A stretch of 64,000 bases of DNA, taken from Mobula hypostoma. Taxonomy: Eukaryota. The position numbers and the translations under genes are program-made. The DNA is taken from the NCBI RefSeq assembly GCF_963921235.1, contig NC_086115.1, positions 12,896,001 through 12,960,000 of the forward strand, in the 5' to 3' direction. This document shows, piece after piece, positions 46,772 to 60,059 of this stretch (the stretch's first letter is position 1; each line of letters starts with the position of its first letter). The notes under the pieces were generated by a model. That model ran no database searches and was not told where the DNA came from. It was given only the letters and a program-made list of their open reading frames with translations.

Positions 46772-47610
46772 GAAGAGAGATTTAGGCCAGTTGGAAGAGT
46801 AGGCTGAAAGATGGCAGATGGAGTTTAATGCTGATAAATGTGAGGTGCTACACTTTGGTAGGACTAATCAAAATAGGACATACATGGTAAATGGTAGGGC
46901 ATTGAAGAATGTAGTAGAACAGAGGGATCTAGGAATAATGGTGCATGGTTCCCTGAAGGTGGAATCTCATGTGGATAGGGTGGTGAAGAAAGCTTTTGGT
47001 ATGCTGGCTTTTATAAATCAGAGCATTGAGTATAGGAGTTGGGATGCAATATTGAAATTGTACAAGGCATGGGTGAGGCCAAATTTGGAGTATTGTGTAC
47101 AGTTTTGGTCACTGAATTATAGGAAAGATGTCAACAAAATAGAGTACAGAGGGTTACTAGAATGTTACCTGGGTTTCATCAGTTAAGTTACAGCGAAAGG
47201 TTGAACAAGTCGGGTCTTTATTCTTTGGAACGTAGAAGGTTGAGGGGGGAACTTGATAGAGGTATTTAAAATTATGAGGGGATAGATAGAGTTGACGTGG
47301 ATAGGCTTTTTCCACTGAGAGTGGGGGAGATTCAAACAAGAGGACATGAGTTGAGAGTTAAAGGGCAAAAGTTTAGGGGTAACAAGAGGGGGAACTTCTT
47401 TACTCAGAGAGTGGCAGCTGTGTGGAACGAGCTTCCAGCAGAAGTGGTTGAGAAGTGGTTCGATGTTGCCGTTTAAAGTTAAATTGGACAGGAAAGGAAT
47501 GGAGGGTTATAGGCTGAGTGCAGGTCGGTGGGACTAGGTTAAAGTAGGAGTTCGGCACGGACTAGAAGGGCCGAGATGGCCTGGTTCCGTGCTGTAATTG
47601 TTATATGGTT
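46772..47610 (+). mobile_element. CR1-like LINE 3' fragment
   Basis: WQMEFNADKCEVLHFG...RPNLEYCVQFWS motifs. Confidence 0.88.
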
Positions 47611-48049
47611 AATAAAAAGTATAATTTACAATAAATAATCCACTGTGTTCTTCATTCTTGTCTGTTGCATCTTTATATACACACAATTATAATTTTATAA
47701 TTAAATTATATACACGTGTGTGTGAATATAAAGATGCAACAGACAAGCATTTTACTTATAAAATTAGATAGGTAGTGCGAAAAGAGGAAAATTAGTGAGG
47801 TACTGTTCGTTATCCATTTAGAAACGATGGGGAGGGGTCGGGGGATGTTGTTCTTGAAACGATCTGCAGGCTCCTGCATTGTAATGCATTAGCTGTGATG
47901 GATGGCGAGTAAAGCTGGAATAGGGGGCCAGTGGTGACACCTCCATACAGTCCTGCCGCCTTCCTCTTCCGACGCCACCTGTTCCTTTGTACGCACGTAA
48001 ATCGAACATACCTCTCAACAATTCCTCATGCCTTGCTGTATGAATGGGA

Positions 48050-48300
48050 AGGAAGGCTGACGGGAACTGTAGTTTTTAACAGCAACACCGCCGGAGGTTT
48101 CCTTTCGCTGACATTAGCTGGACTCCAGTTCCCAGAATGCGCCGGGTGGGCTGCGGCATGCCGGATTATTGCGCAGGTGCAGTTGGGGCGTCCCGTCTTT
48201 TGTTACTTCAGCTGGGTTGACGTGAGGTGGCGGTGAGAGTGGACGGGAGGAGCGGCCGCCGTGAAAGAACACGAGAGAGGTTGCCGGAACAACGGTGAGA
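48050..48300 (+). promoter_or_regulatory. CpG-island promoter with probable non-coding first exon of an unidentified gene
   Basis: ZNF143-type motifs GGGAACTGTAGT (48062-48073) and ACTCCAGTTCCCAGAATGC (48122-48140), plus TGACGT and CCGGAA; donor-like CG|GTGAGA after 48232 and after 48294. Confidence 0.6.
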
Positions 48301-51197
48301 GCAGCGTTTCTGAGCGTTGACTGCGGCTTCCCTCCCTCATCATCTGCCCCATCCCATCTGATCGTCTTTCTGCCGCCTCTCCCCTTATCCCCTTTCACCT
48401 AGTCTACTCCTCAGTCTTCCCCACTGTCTTGTTTGCTGCATCTTTCTTTTAAGTCTCTCCTTCCACCCCCCCCCCCAACTTGGCCAAGAACCTTCATGAG
48501 CACTGGAAAGGAAATTGGCAGGTTGGATAGGAGAATTGGGGTCTCACAAAATACAATATGGACTTGGTGGTTGGAGTCAGAGGGTGCGGCGGGGGCAGTT
48601 GTGGTGTCCTGTTGTTGCCTCTGTTGGGCTGATGTAAATTGCCAGCGCTTGGTGGGGATGAACACAGAGAGGCCTTTGGTGAGAGTGACAGCTGGGCGTG
48701 AGATTACACTGTGGGTTCCCTCCTCCACTCTCCATCATCTCTCTGCCTTCACCATCCCTCCCTCAAGGGATCTTTTGCAGATTGGAGGCCTGTGATTGTG
48801 CTGGGTCCAACATTGTTTCCCATATTTGGATAATGATGTAGATGGCCTGGTTAGTAAATTTGCAAAATTAGTGCTATAGTGAACTGTCAGAAAGATTATG
48901 GCACAATATAGATCATCTGTCAATGTGGATCATGTGTTTGAATTTACCCTGGACAAATACAAATGTTGTATTTTATTTTATTTCAAGATACAGCATGGTA
49001 ACAGGCCCTTCTGGCCCAATGAGTCTGCGCCACCTAATTTCACTCATGTATCCGATGAAACTACAAATCCTTACTCCTTTCGAATGTGGAGGGAAACTGA
49101 AACACCTGGATGAAAGCCATGTGGTCATGGGGCCAATGTACAGACTCCTTACAGACAGTGGTTTGCACCTAAATTGTAGGTGGACCGATATCCTAGCAGG
49201 AAGGTTTGCTAGTACTACAGGTGGCGGGGGGGGGGGGGGGAAGCACAGGGTTAGTTGTGGGGAGGAGTTAAACTAGAGTTGCCGGGGGGGGGATGGGAAC
49301 AGAACAGAACAGATATGTTGTTAAGACCTTAAAGTCAGAAATCAAAAGGTTGTGCAAGATATGACTAATGTCCTGAGTTTTGTGTATTTCAATGCAATGA
49401 GTATTGTAGGAAAGGCAGATGAGCTCTGGATATGGATCAATACATGGAATTCTGACCTTGTAGCCATTAGTGAGACTAGGTTGCAGAAGGGACAGGTCTG
49501 GCAGCTCAATATTCCAGGGTTCCGTTGTTTTAGACGCAACAGAGCGGGAAGGATTAAAAGAGGGGGGGCATTACTAGTCAGTGAAAATACCATGGAAGTG
49601 CTCAGTGAGAACAGACTGGAGAACTTGTTTAGTGAGGCTTTATGGGTGAAACTGGAGAATAAAACAAGGCACGACTTTGTTAATGGGACTATATTATAGA
49701 TCACCTAACGGTCCATAGGATTTAGAGGAACAAACTTGTAGTGAGATTGCAGACTGTTGCAAGAAACATGAGGTTGTGATGGTAGGTGTTTTTAACTTTC
49801 CACATATTGACTGGAACTCCAATACTATAAAAGGACTAGATGGGATAGAGTTTGTCAAATGTGTTCATGAAAGTTTCCTTAATCAGTATATGGAATTTCC
49901 AACAAGAGAGTGTGCGATACTTGGATCTGCTATTCAGGATTGAGACAGGGCAGGTGGCAGAAGTTTGTGTAGGGGAACACTTTGCATCTACTGATTATAA
50001 TACCAATAGTTTCAAAGTAAATATGGAAAACAATTGGTCTGGTGTGTGGGTTAAGATTCTAAAAGGCCAATTTTGATAATATCAGAAAGGATCTGGCAGG
50101 TGTGGATTGGGACAGGCTGTTTTCTGCAAAGGTGTATTTGATAAGTGTGAAGCCTTCAAAAATGAAACTTTGAAAGTACAAAGCTTGTATGTGCCTGTCA
50201 TAATAAAAGGAAAGGATAACAGGTTTCAGGAACCTTGGATTTCAAGAGATATTGAGGCACTGATTAAAGAAGAAAAAGGAAGTGCATGCAGGTACAGGCA
50301 AGTAGGAACAGATGAGATTCTAATGGATGGAGTATAAGAAATGCAAGAGAACACTTACAAAATCAGAAAGGCTGAAAGAAGGCATGAGGTTGCCCTAACA
50401 GACAAGGGGAAGGAGAATTCTTCAGGGATTCTGCAGATATATTAAGAGCAAAAGGATTGTGAAGGACAAAATTGGTCCTCTGGAAGATCAGAATGGTAAT
50501 CTACTTGTGGAGCCAAAATAAATGGATGAGATCTTAATGGATTTTTTGCATCTGTATCTACTCAGAAGATGGAATAGAGTCCATAGAAATGAGGCAAAGA
50601 AGCAGAGAGATCATGGACCCTATACAGATTACAGACAAGTGTTTACTGTTTTGAGGCAAATTAGGGTGGACTAATTCCAGGGCCTAGTATGGTGTTCCCT
50701 CAGACCCTGTGAGAGGCAAGTGCGCAAATTACAGAGTCCTTAGCAGAGATATTTAAATCATTCTTGGCAGCAAAGAGATACCGGCCGATTAGAGTATAGC
50801 TGATATTACTCCACTGTTTAGGAAAGGCTTTCAGAATGAATCAGGAAATCTGAAATCTGGTGAGCCTGACATCAGTAGTGGGGAAGTTATTGGAAGGTGA
50901 TGAGATATTTTGGAAAGACAGGGACTGATTAAGACTAGTCAGCATGGCTTTGTGAGTGGTAGGGCATGCCTAACGAAAGTTGTCGAGTTTTTCGAGGAAG
51001 TTACCAGGAAATTTGATGAAGGCAAGGCAGTGAATGTTGTCTACATGGACTTTAGCAAAGCAATTGACAAGGTCCAGCATGGGGGGGGTTGGTTAACAAG
51101 GTTCAGTCGCTTGGTGTTCAAGATGAGGTAGTAACAGAGATTAGACATTGGCTTTGCAGTTGAAGCCAGACAGTGGTAATGGATAGTTGCCTCTCTG

Positions 51198-53289
51198 GAA
51201 TCAACAAGGGATGCTCAACGGCTGTGGCAGGGGTTGAATGTTATAACCTCCAGCAAAGTTAAATCTTGTGGCATGGGGGACTGCAGGTCTTTGCTTCCAG
51301 ATGAGCTCAATGCTGCCTATGCTTGCTTTGACCGCCAGAACGTGGAGGAGTCGTCGTGAATGCCCACGTCTCCTGATGATCCTTTGATCTCGGTATCTGA
51401 AACTGACATGTGGATTGCCTTCAGGAGGATGAATCCAAGGAAAGCATCTGGTCCAGACAGGGTACCTGACCATGTACTAAAGACCTGTGCTGACCATCTG
51501 GCTGGTGTGTTCACTGATATCTTTAACCTCTCAACTGCTTCAAGCAGGCTTCAGTTATACTGATGCCCAAGAAGAGCATAGTGACCTGCCTCAATAACAG
51601 TTACATCCACGGTGATGAAGTGTTTTGAGAGGCTGGTGATAAAACATATCAGCTCCTGCCTGAGAGGCAACTAGGATCCGCTCCAGTTTGCCTACCGGAG
51701 CAACAGGCCCACAGCAGATGCCACCTTATTGGCTCTTCACTCAACCCTGGAACAGCTGGACAGTAAGATGCATACATCAGGATGCTCTTTATCGATTAAA
51801 TCTCAACATTTAATACCAACATCCCCTCGAAGCTAATCAGTAAACCTTGGCCTCAACACCTTGTTGCGCGATTGGATTGTGGATGTCTTCACTTGTAGAT
51901 CCCAGTCAGTTTGGATTGGCAAAAACATCTACACGATCTCCATCAGCACAGGTGCACAACAGGGATGTCTGCTTAGCCCCCTTGCTCTACTTGCTCTACA
52001 TCTATGACCGCGAGACTAAGCACGGCACTAACACCACGTACAAGTTTGCTGATGACATCACTGTTGTGGGCCGTATCAAAGGTGGTGATGAATCCGCATA
52101 CAGGAGATTGAATATTTGGCAGAGAGGTGTTATAACAACAACCTCTCACTCGATGTCAGCAAGACCAAGGAACTGCTTGTAGACTTCAGGAGAGGAAAAC
52201 CAGAAGTCTCATTGGAGGATCAGAGGTAGAGAATCTGTCCAACCATTAAGCACGTTTACATGTAACTCTGTCATAGGCAAGCAGTGTCATCATCAGAGAT
52301 CCTCGCTACCCAGGCCATGCTCTTTCCTCGCTGCTGCCATCAGGTAGAAGGTACAAGAGCCTCAGGACTCTCACCACCAGGTTCAAGAACAGTTACTACC
52401 CCTCAACCATCAGGCTCTTGAACAAAAGGGGATAACTGCACTCACTTTCCCCACAACCTGTGATCTCATTTTAAGGACTTTTATCTTCCCATTTCATGTT
52501 CTCGTTATTTTTTGCTATTTATACTTCCATTTCCACAGTTGTTATCTTCTGGTTCATCTTTCATTTATTGTGTTATAGTCATTGTTCTATAGATTTGCTG
52601 AGTATACCCACAGAAAGAAGAATCTCAGGGTTGTATGCGGTGACATGTATGTACACGTGTGTGCCGCTTAACGTCCATTTGGACAACGTCCAATTGCATG
52701 TACGTCCGTAGTCCCGATCAGAGAATGTGACGTAGCGGACGTAACCAATCAATCTCGTGTATCGCGTGTCTCATGAGTGTGGTAGCGTTATCTCGCTGTT
52801 TCATTTTCTTTTGAAAATATTACCGTAAAGTGCATCATGGCTTCCAAACGCAGCAAAACCACTCCTAGTGATAGCAGCAGCAAGAGGCAAAGGAAAAGTA
52901 TTGATTTGGAAGTGAAACAAAAGGTTATTAAACAATATGAAGGTGGAAAACCAGTGAATGCTATTGCTCGGGATTTAGGCATGTCGCACTCGACAATCAC
53001 GACGATCCTAAAAAACAAAGAAAAAATTCTCGTAGCTGTTAAAGGATTGGCTGCACTGAAAACTAATCACGAAAATGCGAGAGGGACCTATATCGATATG
53101 GAGAAATTGCTAATGACATGGATTTAGTCAATACAAGTACACTACAGTACTCCACGTAGGTTTGCTAAGTATATAATATGGTGTTCGCACATCGTCCAAA
53201 TCACATAACATCCGATTTCACAGAACGTATCGTGGACATTAAGCCACGCATACCTGTACTCTGATAATAAATTTACTTTGAACTTTGAA
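51198..53289 (+). mobile_element. Rex1-like LINE nested in CR1
   Basis: KASGPD.V...LKTCADHLAGVFTDIFNLS, QFAYR and KFADD motifs; tail aataaatttactttgaactttgaa at 53266-53289. Confidence 0.8.
52654..53256 (+). mobile_element. Internally deleted Tigger/pogo element retaining the CENP-B-like N-terminal HTH
   Basis: TA-flanked imperfect TIRs (CACGTGTGTGCCGCTTAACGTCC / GGACATTAAGCCACGCATACCTG); ORF 52837-53127 RKSIDLEVKQKVI...IARDLGMSHSTITTILKNKEKI. Confidence 0.85.
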
Positions 53290-55899
53290 GGGCTATGACT
53301 AGTGCCGCAGGGATCAGAGCTGACCACATTGTTGTTTGCTATTTACCTCAACAATCTCAGTGATAATTTGGTTAATGTAATCACCAAATTTGTGGATGAC
53401 ACCAAGATTGGGACTGTAGTGGACAGCGAAGAAGACTATCAAAGCTTGCAGCGGGATCTGGACCAGCTGGAACAATGGGCTGAAAATAGCAGATAGAACT
53501 TAATGCAGACAAGTTTGAGATGTTGCACTTTGGGAGGAACAACCAGGTATACTTGCATAGTAGGCACTGAGGGGTATGGTGGGACAAAAGGATCTGGGAA
53601 TACAGGACCATAATTCATTGAAAGTGGCGTCACAGGTAGATAGGTTTGTAAAGAAAACTTTTGGCACGTTGGTATTCATAGATCAAAGTACAGGAGATGG
53701 GATGTTATGTTGACCTTGTATAAGACATTGGTGAGACCTAATTTGGAGTATTGTGTAGATTTTGACAATCTACTCAGCTTCTTTTCTGCAGTCTTGCCGA
53801 AGTGTTTCAGCCTGAAATATCAACAGTACTTTTTTCCTAGCTGTTGCATGGCCTGCTGAGTTCCTCCGACATTTTGTGTGTGTTGCTTGGAGTTTTAGTC
53901 ACCTACGTACAGGAAAGATGTAAACAAGATTGAAAGGCACAGAGAAAATTTACAAGTGTATAGCTGAGGGGGGAGGACCTGAGCTATAAGGAAAGATTGG
54001 ATAAATTAGTATATAGAAGATTGAGGGAGATTTGATAGAGCTATAGAACATTGAGGGGTATAGATAGGGTAAATGCAAGCAGGCTTTTTCCACTAAGGTT
54101 GGATGGGACTACCTAGAGATCATGGGTGAGACGTTTAAGGCGAACACGAGGGGAAACCTCATCACTCAGAGAGTGGTAAGAGTGTGGAACGAGTTGCCAG
54201 CACTATAGTGGTGCATGTAATTATGATTTTAGCATTTAGGAGAAGATTGGATAGGCACATGGATGGGAAGGGTGTGGGCTGGGTGCAGGTCAATGGGACT
54301 AGGCAGTTTAAATGGTTCACATGGACAAGAATGGGTGAAGGGCCTGTTTCTATGTTGTAGTTTTCTGTGACTCTTGATTGAGCCCTGGTCTCTGCCACTG
54401 TAATAGCATTGCAGTAACTGCTACGCTCGTGCTACTCACACTTAACTTGATGAGCTAAACCTGGGCAGGACTTGCACAGTAAATGCCAGGGCCCAGAAGG
54501 GACTGCAGTACAGAGAGACCTAGTAGTACAAGTATATAAATTCTCATTTTGGCAACTTCTTATACATGGACACATGGCCTCGTAATCTACTTCGTTATAA
54601 TCTTGCACTTTATCATTTAGCTGAACTATGCTCTTTCGGTAACTTTTACTCTTTATTCTGCCTTGTTTTACCTTGTTCTAGCTCAATACACTGTCATGAT
54701 TTGATATGTATAGACAAGCTTTTCACTATCTTGGTACATGTGACAATAATAAACGAATATTGATACCATAGGTGGTGAAGACAGCATTGTCTTCAAATGC
54801 TTGCCTTCATCTGTCAAAGCACTGAGTACAAGAATTGGGGTATCATGTTAGAATTGGACAAGACTTTGGTGACCAAATTTGGAGTATTGTGTGAGCTTCT
54901 GGTTACTTAGCTATTGAAAGTACGTCATTAGGCTGGAAAAGGTGAAAGGAAGATTCACAAGGATGTTACTGGGACTGGAGAGCTTGATTGAAAGATGGAT
55001 TGTTTCCCCTGGACTGTATTGTTGCTGAGGGGTGCAAGATCTGGTGATTTTTTTTTTCAATCCCCAGGTTTTTTAGGAGTCCAAGAATGAGCGAAAACTT
55101 GTTTCACAATCATTTATTTTAAAGTTTAAACAAAGGACAGATACAGAACATTTGAAGCTAAAGGGAAGGACTGAGATAAAGAGAAAAGACAAGTTGCCAA
55201 TTTTTCAGAATCAGGTTTAATATCACTGGTGTATGTCATGAAATTTGTTAACCTAGTGGCAGCAGTACAATACAATACATGATGAAATAGAAGTAAATAT
55301 ATAAGTCAATTGCAGTAAATATATATGTATGTTAAATTAAAAATGGTGCAAAAAACAGAAATATTATTTTTTATAAGTGAGCTGGCCATGGGTTCAATGT
55401 AAATTTAGGAATTGGTTGTCAGAGGAGTAAAAGCTGTTCCTGAATCACTGAGTGTGTACCTTCAGGCTTCTGTACCTCCTTCTTGATGGTAACAATGAAA
55501 AGAGGGCATGTCCTGGGTGATGGGGCTCCTTAATAAGAGACTGACACTTTTATACTGAGATAGGGCAAACTGCTGAAATAAATGAAGGACCAGATAAAAG
55601 GTACATGTGTATCTTGTGCTAATACTTAGCCAGTGAAAAATGAAACGGTGATAAACTGTTATCAGAGTGCTGGCTGCATAGTTGTATTCATGTGTGCAGC
55701 GGGGGCAGTAGTGAAAAGCTGGCTCGTCTGCAGAGCCATTGCCCACGGACTGGATCTGCATCTGAATGCTGTAGACAATCATGTTGGCTTCTGACCCAAG
55801 CAACATTGATTGCCAAGACCTGGAGGTAAGATCAGATTGTGGCTCATCAATTGTGTCTTCCTGACGCTGAAGTGAAACCACAATTAGCATCATGAGCCC

Positions 55900-57920
55900 G
55901 TGCCAAAGCTGAAGTGGCAAGAATGAGAGCAGTGTTTGCTTAAGTGTGGAGAAAGCTCGTATAGACACGGAGAGCATGTATCGAGCTCATTAAGTGCACT
56001 CAAGGAAGAGTGAAGCTGAGGCTGCCTCAGCAGAATCAAGCTAATATGAAGCAGCAGCTGACTTAGACAGTGGAGTGCCTAACTTTGCGTCAGAACAGCC
56101 AATGCATCTTATTAAAGAATATGTCCAAGCGCTTTCTGTGCTCCCGTACTCCAGCTCTACAAGGAGTCCACACCACTCAGCCAGCTTGTCTCTCTCATTG
56201 TCCAGGTGTTGACAGTCAAGGTCCACAGCTACATCCCCTTCCACAGTTGAACCACAGCGCTACTGATGCCAATCCCATCAGCACAAACATAGAGAGACTG
56301 AACCTTCATCCATCCCAGGGCACACATTTGGCAAACCATTCTCCACATGCTCTCATTCAGGAACTGCAGGTGCATTAGGTTTGGCTTGTCGAGACTGAGT
56401 CACAGCAGAACTAAAAGTGTTCGACAACCAGTCTGCCAGTTATCTATCCTGGAAGTCAAGCCATCACAAAGTTTTCCAAGCGCTCCCAAAGAATCACAGA
56501 AGTTCCAGGAGTTTGCAGATTTGTTGGTGGAACTGCAAGCCACAGAAAAATGAAGGTTACCTACAAGGGCTGAGTTTCTTGTATACAGCAAAAGGAATAA
56601 ACCCTGTAATGGAGAAACTACGAAGCAATATACAAAAGCAGTGGATAACTGAAGGGTTCAAGACTAAAGCAAAGCATCATGCCCCCATCGACCATTTTCA
56701 TTCTTTGTGGAATACATCTCCCTCCATGCAGAAATACGCAATGCTATTATAATTTGGGATGTCAGAATTCAATCCCAGCAGCTTCTGTAAGGAGTTTGTA
56801 TGTCCTCCTGTGGAATGTTTCCTCAGGGTGCTCTGGTTTTCTCCCACAGCCTAAAGATGTACTGGTTAGTGGGCAAATTGTCCTGTGATTAGGCTAGGGT
56901 TAAATTGGGGGTTTCTGGCAGAGCAGGTCAAAGGACCAGAAGGGCCTCATTCTGTGCTGTATCTCTACATAGATAAATAACGTAAAATAACCCTAGTTTT
57001 ATGCTTTCAACTTCCTGCACATGTCAGCAAAAGCATGGAAGCCCCTAACATGGATGGCACAACTGAAGTAGAACATTTTACTATGAAATCCGATGGACAA
57101 TGCCCCATCCATAAGAAACTTCACCCCCTAAGAAAATGCAGAGGATTCGGAGGAAAACTGCTTGCAGACCCTGGGGGCATATTCTAAAGGAGCAGACCCT
57201 GGGGGCATATTCTAAAGGAGCAGACTGGGGGCATATTCTAAAGGAGCAGACCGTGGGGGCATATTCTAAAGGGGCAGACTGGGGGCATATTCTAAAGGAG
57301 CACTCAACATGTTTCAAATGTGGTTCAACGGCACACCGAGCAAAAGACTATAAAGCTATCAATTCAGGGCCAGCACCTGGGTTACTACCGGTTCCAGCAT
57401 GCCCACTGCAGAGTCTGGTGGGATCCAGCTGACCGTCTGTCAGACGTAGCTACTTCCTCACGCACAGCTGTGTACAGGAAAGACTTCCAAGGCAAATTCT
57501 GCTCTAAAATTTGTCTGGCTAACATCTATCTGATAGGACATACTGAGCAAAAAATAAAGGCATATGTGATATTAGATGATCAAGGTAATTTGTCATAGGC
57601 AAAATCAACACCTTTGATGTATTCAGTATTCCAAGTTCCCCATACGCCCTACTAAAGACGTGTTCTGGAACATCAGAAGTTGCTGGAAGAAGAGCCAGTG
57701 GATTTGTCCTGGAGTTAATAGTGGAGGAGGTCTGCTTACTCTTCCAGCCCTCATAGAGGAGTGCAATTCCAACTCCTGAAGCTGTACACAGTCATTCACA
57801 TCTCAAGGCCCCAGCTGACAAGATTCCCCCACTTGACTCTTCTGCTGAGATTCTCCTGTTGCTTGGCAGAGACATCATCTGTGCACATAAGCTAAATGAA
57901 CATTGCAATAGTTGATATGA
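55900..57920 (+). mobile_element. Degenerate BEL/Pao-like LTR retrotransposon gag-protease region
   Basis: EFADLLVEL...TAKGINPVMEKL...QKQW gag-like segment; CPIHK..H....C and CFKC...H knuckle remnants; aspartic protease-like AYVILDDQ; a SINE is inserted at about 56755-56980. Confidence 0.7.
57164..57302 (+). repeat. Minisatellite, 5 copies of a 26/28-bp unit
   Basis: GCAGAC(CC)TGGGGGCATATTCTAAAGGA with units starting at 57164, 57192, 57220, 57246 and 57274. Confidence 0.95.
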
Positions 57921-60059
57921 TGTACCTTATCGATATCTTCAGGTTCTTTGTCATTCCTAACTTGTTGAAGTAATTAAACTGTTTAATTTACACTCCTAGC
58001 CATTTCTGGCAACTTCAAATCTGAATGCTTGAAACTGCAGTGAGCAAAAACTCTGAATTATCTTCTTACTTATTTCTCGCTAACTATCCGTGACAAAAAT
58101 AATGGCTTTTGAACACAAACACACTCAACTGACACTATTTTAAAACTGTCTGCTCTAAGCACAGTGTAATGTCTATAACAGCCACACAAGTGCATGCAAC
58201 TGATGGTGTTAGAAACTATTTGGCAGCAATTTCCTGTCCCAATTAAGTGACATAGTGTTCCAAACAAAGGGAATAGTGGCTATTTTCTTAATTAACTTTT
58301 GTTCTTTAACAGTTCTTCCAAATAAGTGGCTGCCTCGATTAACTGATGGCCCAATTAACCAAAATCCACTGACATAAAATTGTGATACGTTAACAGTCAG
58401 AATCTTTTTTCCAGAGCAGAAGCATCAAATACCAGAGAGTGTGGCTTTAAAGTCAGAGGGGAAAAGTTTAGAAGAGATTTGTGAGGCAAGTTTTTTTTCC
58501 TACACAAGTTGGAAGATGCCTGGAACATGGTTGAAGCTGATATGATAGCAACATTTGAGAGACCTTTAGGCACATGAACAGGCAGGGAATAATGGGTGGA
58601 TATAAACCAGGCAGATGCATTTAGAGTAGGAGATTGTTTTTCTTTCATTATTTCCAGAAAGAATTGATGTTGTGGTTGAATACTTGAATAGTCTTTGCTT
58701 CTAAGTCAAGGTGTTCACTTTGATTAGTGAATTAGCAAGTTTTGTACTTTCATTATTACTGTTTTCAGCACAAACTTGTTTATTTCAGTCACATTCGATT
58801 TAATTACTTGAATTTAACATGTCTGGATCAGGGTCCAGTAACACAAGCATGGGGATTTATTTCCATGACTGAACCTCCATTCTCCATCTGGATTCATTCC
58901 TTTTCTTATTTTCGATACAACGATTTACTGTCTCGAGATTAACCAGAAGGGGATGTTTGGAATCTGTTGTAATGCTTTTCAAGATTAAATGTTGTGCTGC
59001 ATATTAACAGTAAGCAAGTTTCAATCTCTGCTTCGGAACGCCGAGGATCATCAGGTCATCACTGGAGGAAACCATTCGCACTGTTGTGATTGTGCCGATC
59101 TTCTGTACACTATACTATTGCACCATTCTTTGCCCATAGTCCTGAAAATTTTCCCCTTCATTTGCTTTTGAAAGTTGCAACTGAATCTGCCTTCATTCCC
59201 CTTTCAGGCAACACATTAGTTGGATAATTATTGTCACATGTACTGATGTACAGTGAGAAACTTTGTTTTCATGTCATCATACAGATCATTTCATGACACC
59301 AGTGTAGTGAGGTAGTACACGGGAAAACAATCACAGAATGCAGACATGTACAGAGAAAGTGCAGGAAAGGCAAACAAGGTGCATGGACATGAGGTAGATT
59401 GTGGGGTCGAGCCAATCTTATCATACCAGGAGACAATTCAATAATCTTATAACAGCAGGGTAGCAGCCGTCCTTGAGCCTGCTGGTAGGTGATTTCAAGC
59501 TTTTGTACCTTCTGAACAATGGGAAAGGCGAGGAGAGACTACACAGGGTGGGTGGGGTCTTTGATTAGCCTTCCTGAGCTCAGCTTTCCTGAGGCAAGAA
59601 GTGCAGAGAAAGCCCGTGGAGGGGAGGTTGGTTTCTGTGCTTTGCTGAGCTATGTCCACCACTACTTGGAGTTTGTGGGACTGGTGTGTATTCTCCCAAT
59701 TTCCTCTTCTTGAAGTCCATAACCAAATCCTTGGTCTTACTGATGTTGTGCAAGGTTGTTCTTACCACACTGCTGAACTATTCGATCAGTCTCACTCATG
59801 GATGCCTCCTCGTCACCGTCTGAGAATCTTCCAACACCAATGATGTCATCTATAAACTTATAGAAGCCATTTCAGGTGTGCCCAGTCACACAGTTGTGAG
59901 TGTAGAGAGCGTAAAGCAATAAAGCAAAGACATTCTGTGTTTCTTGAGTTAGTACAATGGGATAGCAGTAACAGAAGTTTGATAATTTTGAATGGCTCTG
60001 TCAAAATTCATCTTAAGCTCCACAGGTCTAAGGAGAATTACAACTTCTCTTCAGTGAAT

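Larger units (their letters stand above)
49180..54370 (+). mobile_element. Long degenerate CR1-like LINE (endonuclease plus RT) with nested insertions
   Basis: APE motifs (YFNAMSI, VAISET, FNFPHIDW) and RT motifs (QHGF, VYMDFSKA.DKV, PQGS, KFVDDTK); interrupted at about 51198-53290. Confidence 0.85.

Noticed and set aside
52837-53127. TIGD/CENP-B-like domesticated gene
   Set aside because: It is truncated after the first HTH, bounded by TIRs and TA, and nested within a LINE.
57164-57302. Regular repeats resembling a CRISPR array
   Set aside because: Units are directly adjacent with no unique spacers, and the context is eukaryotic with no cas genes.
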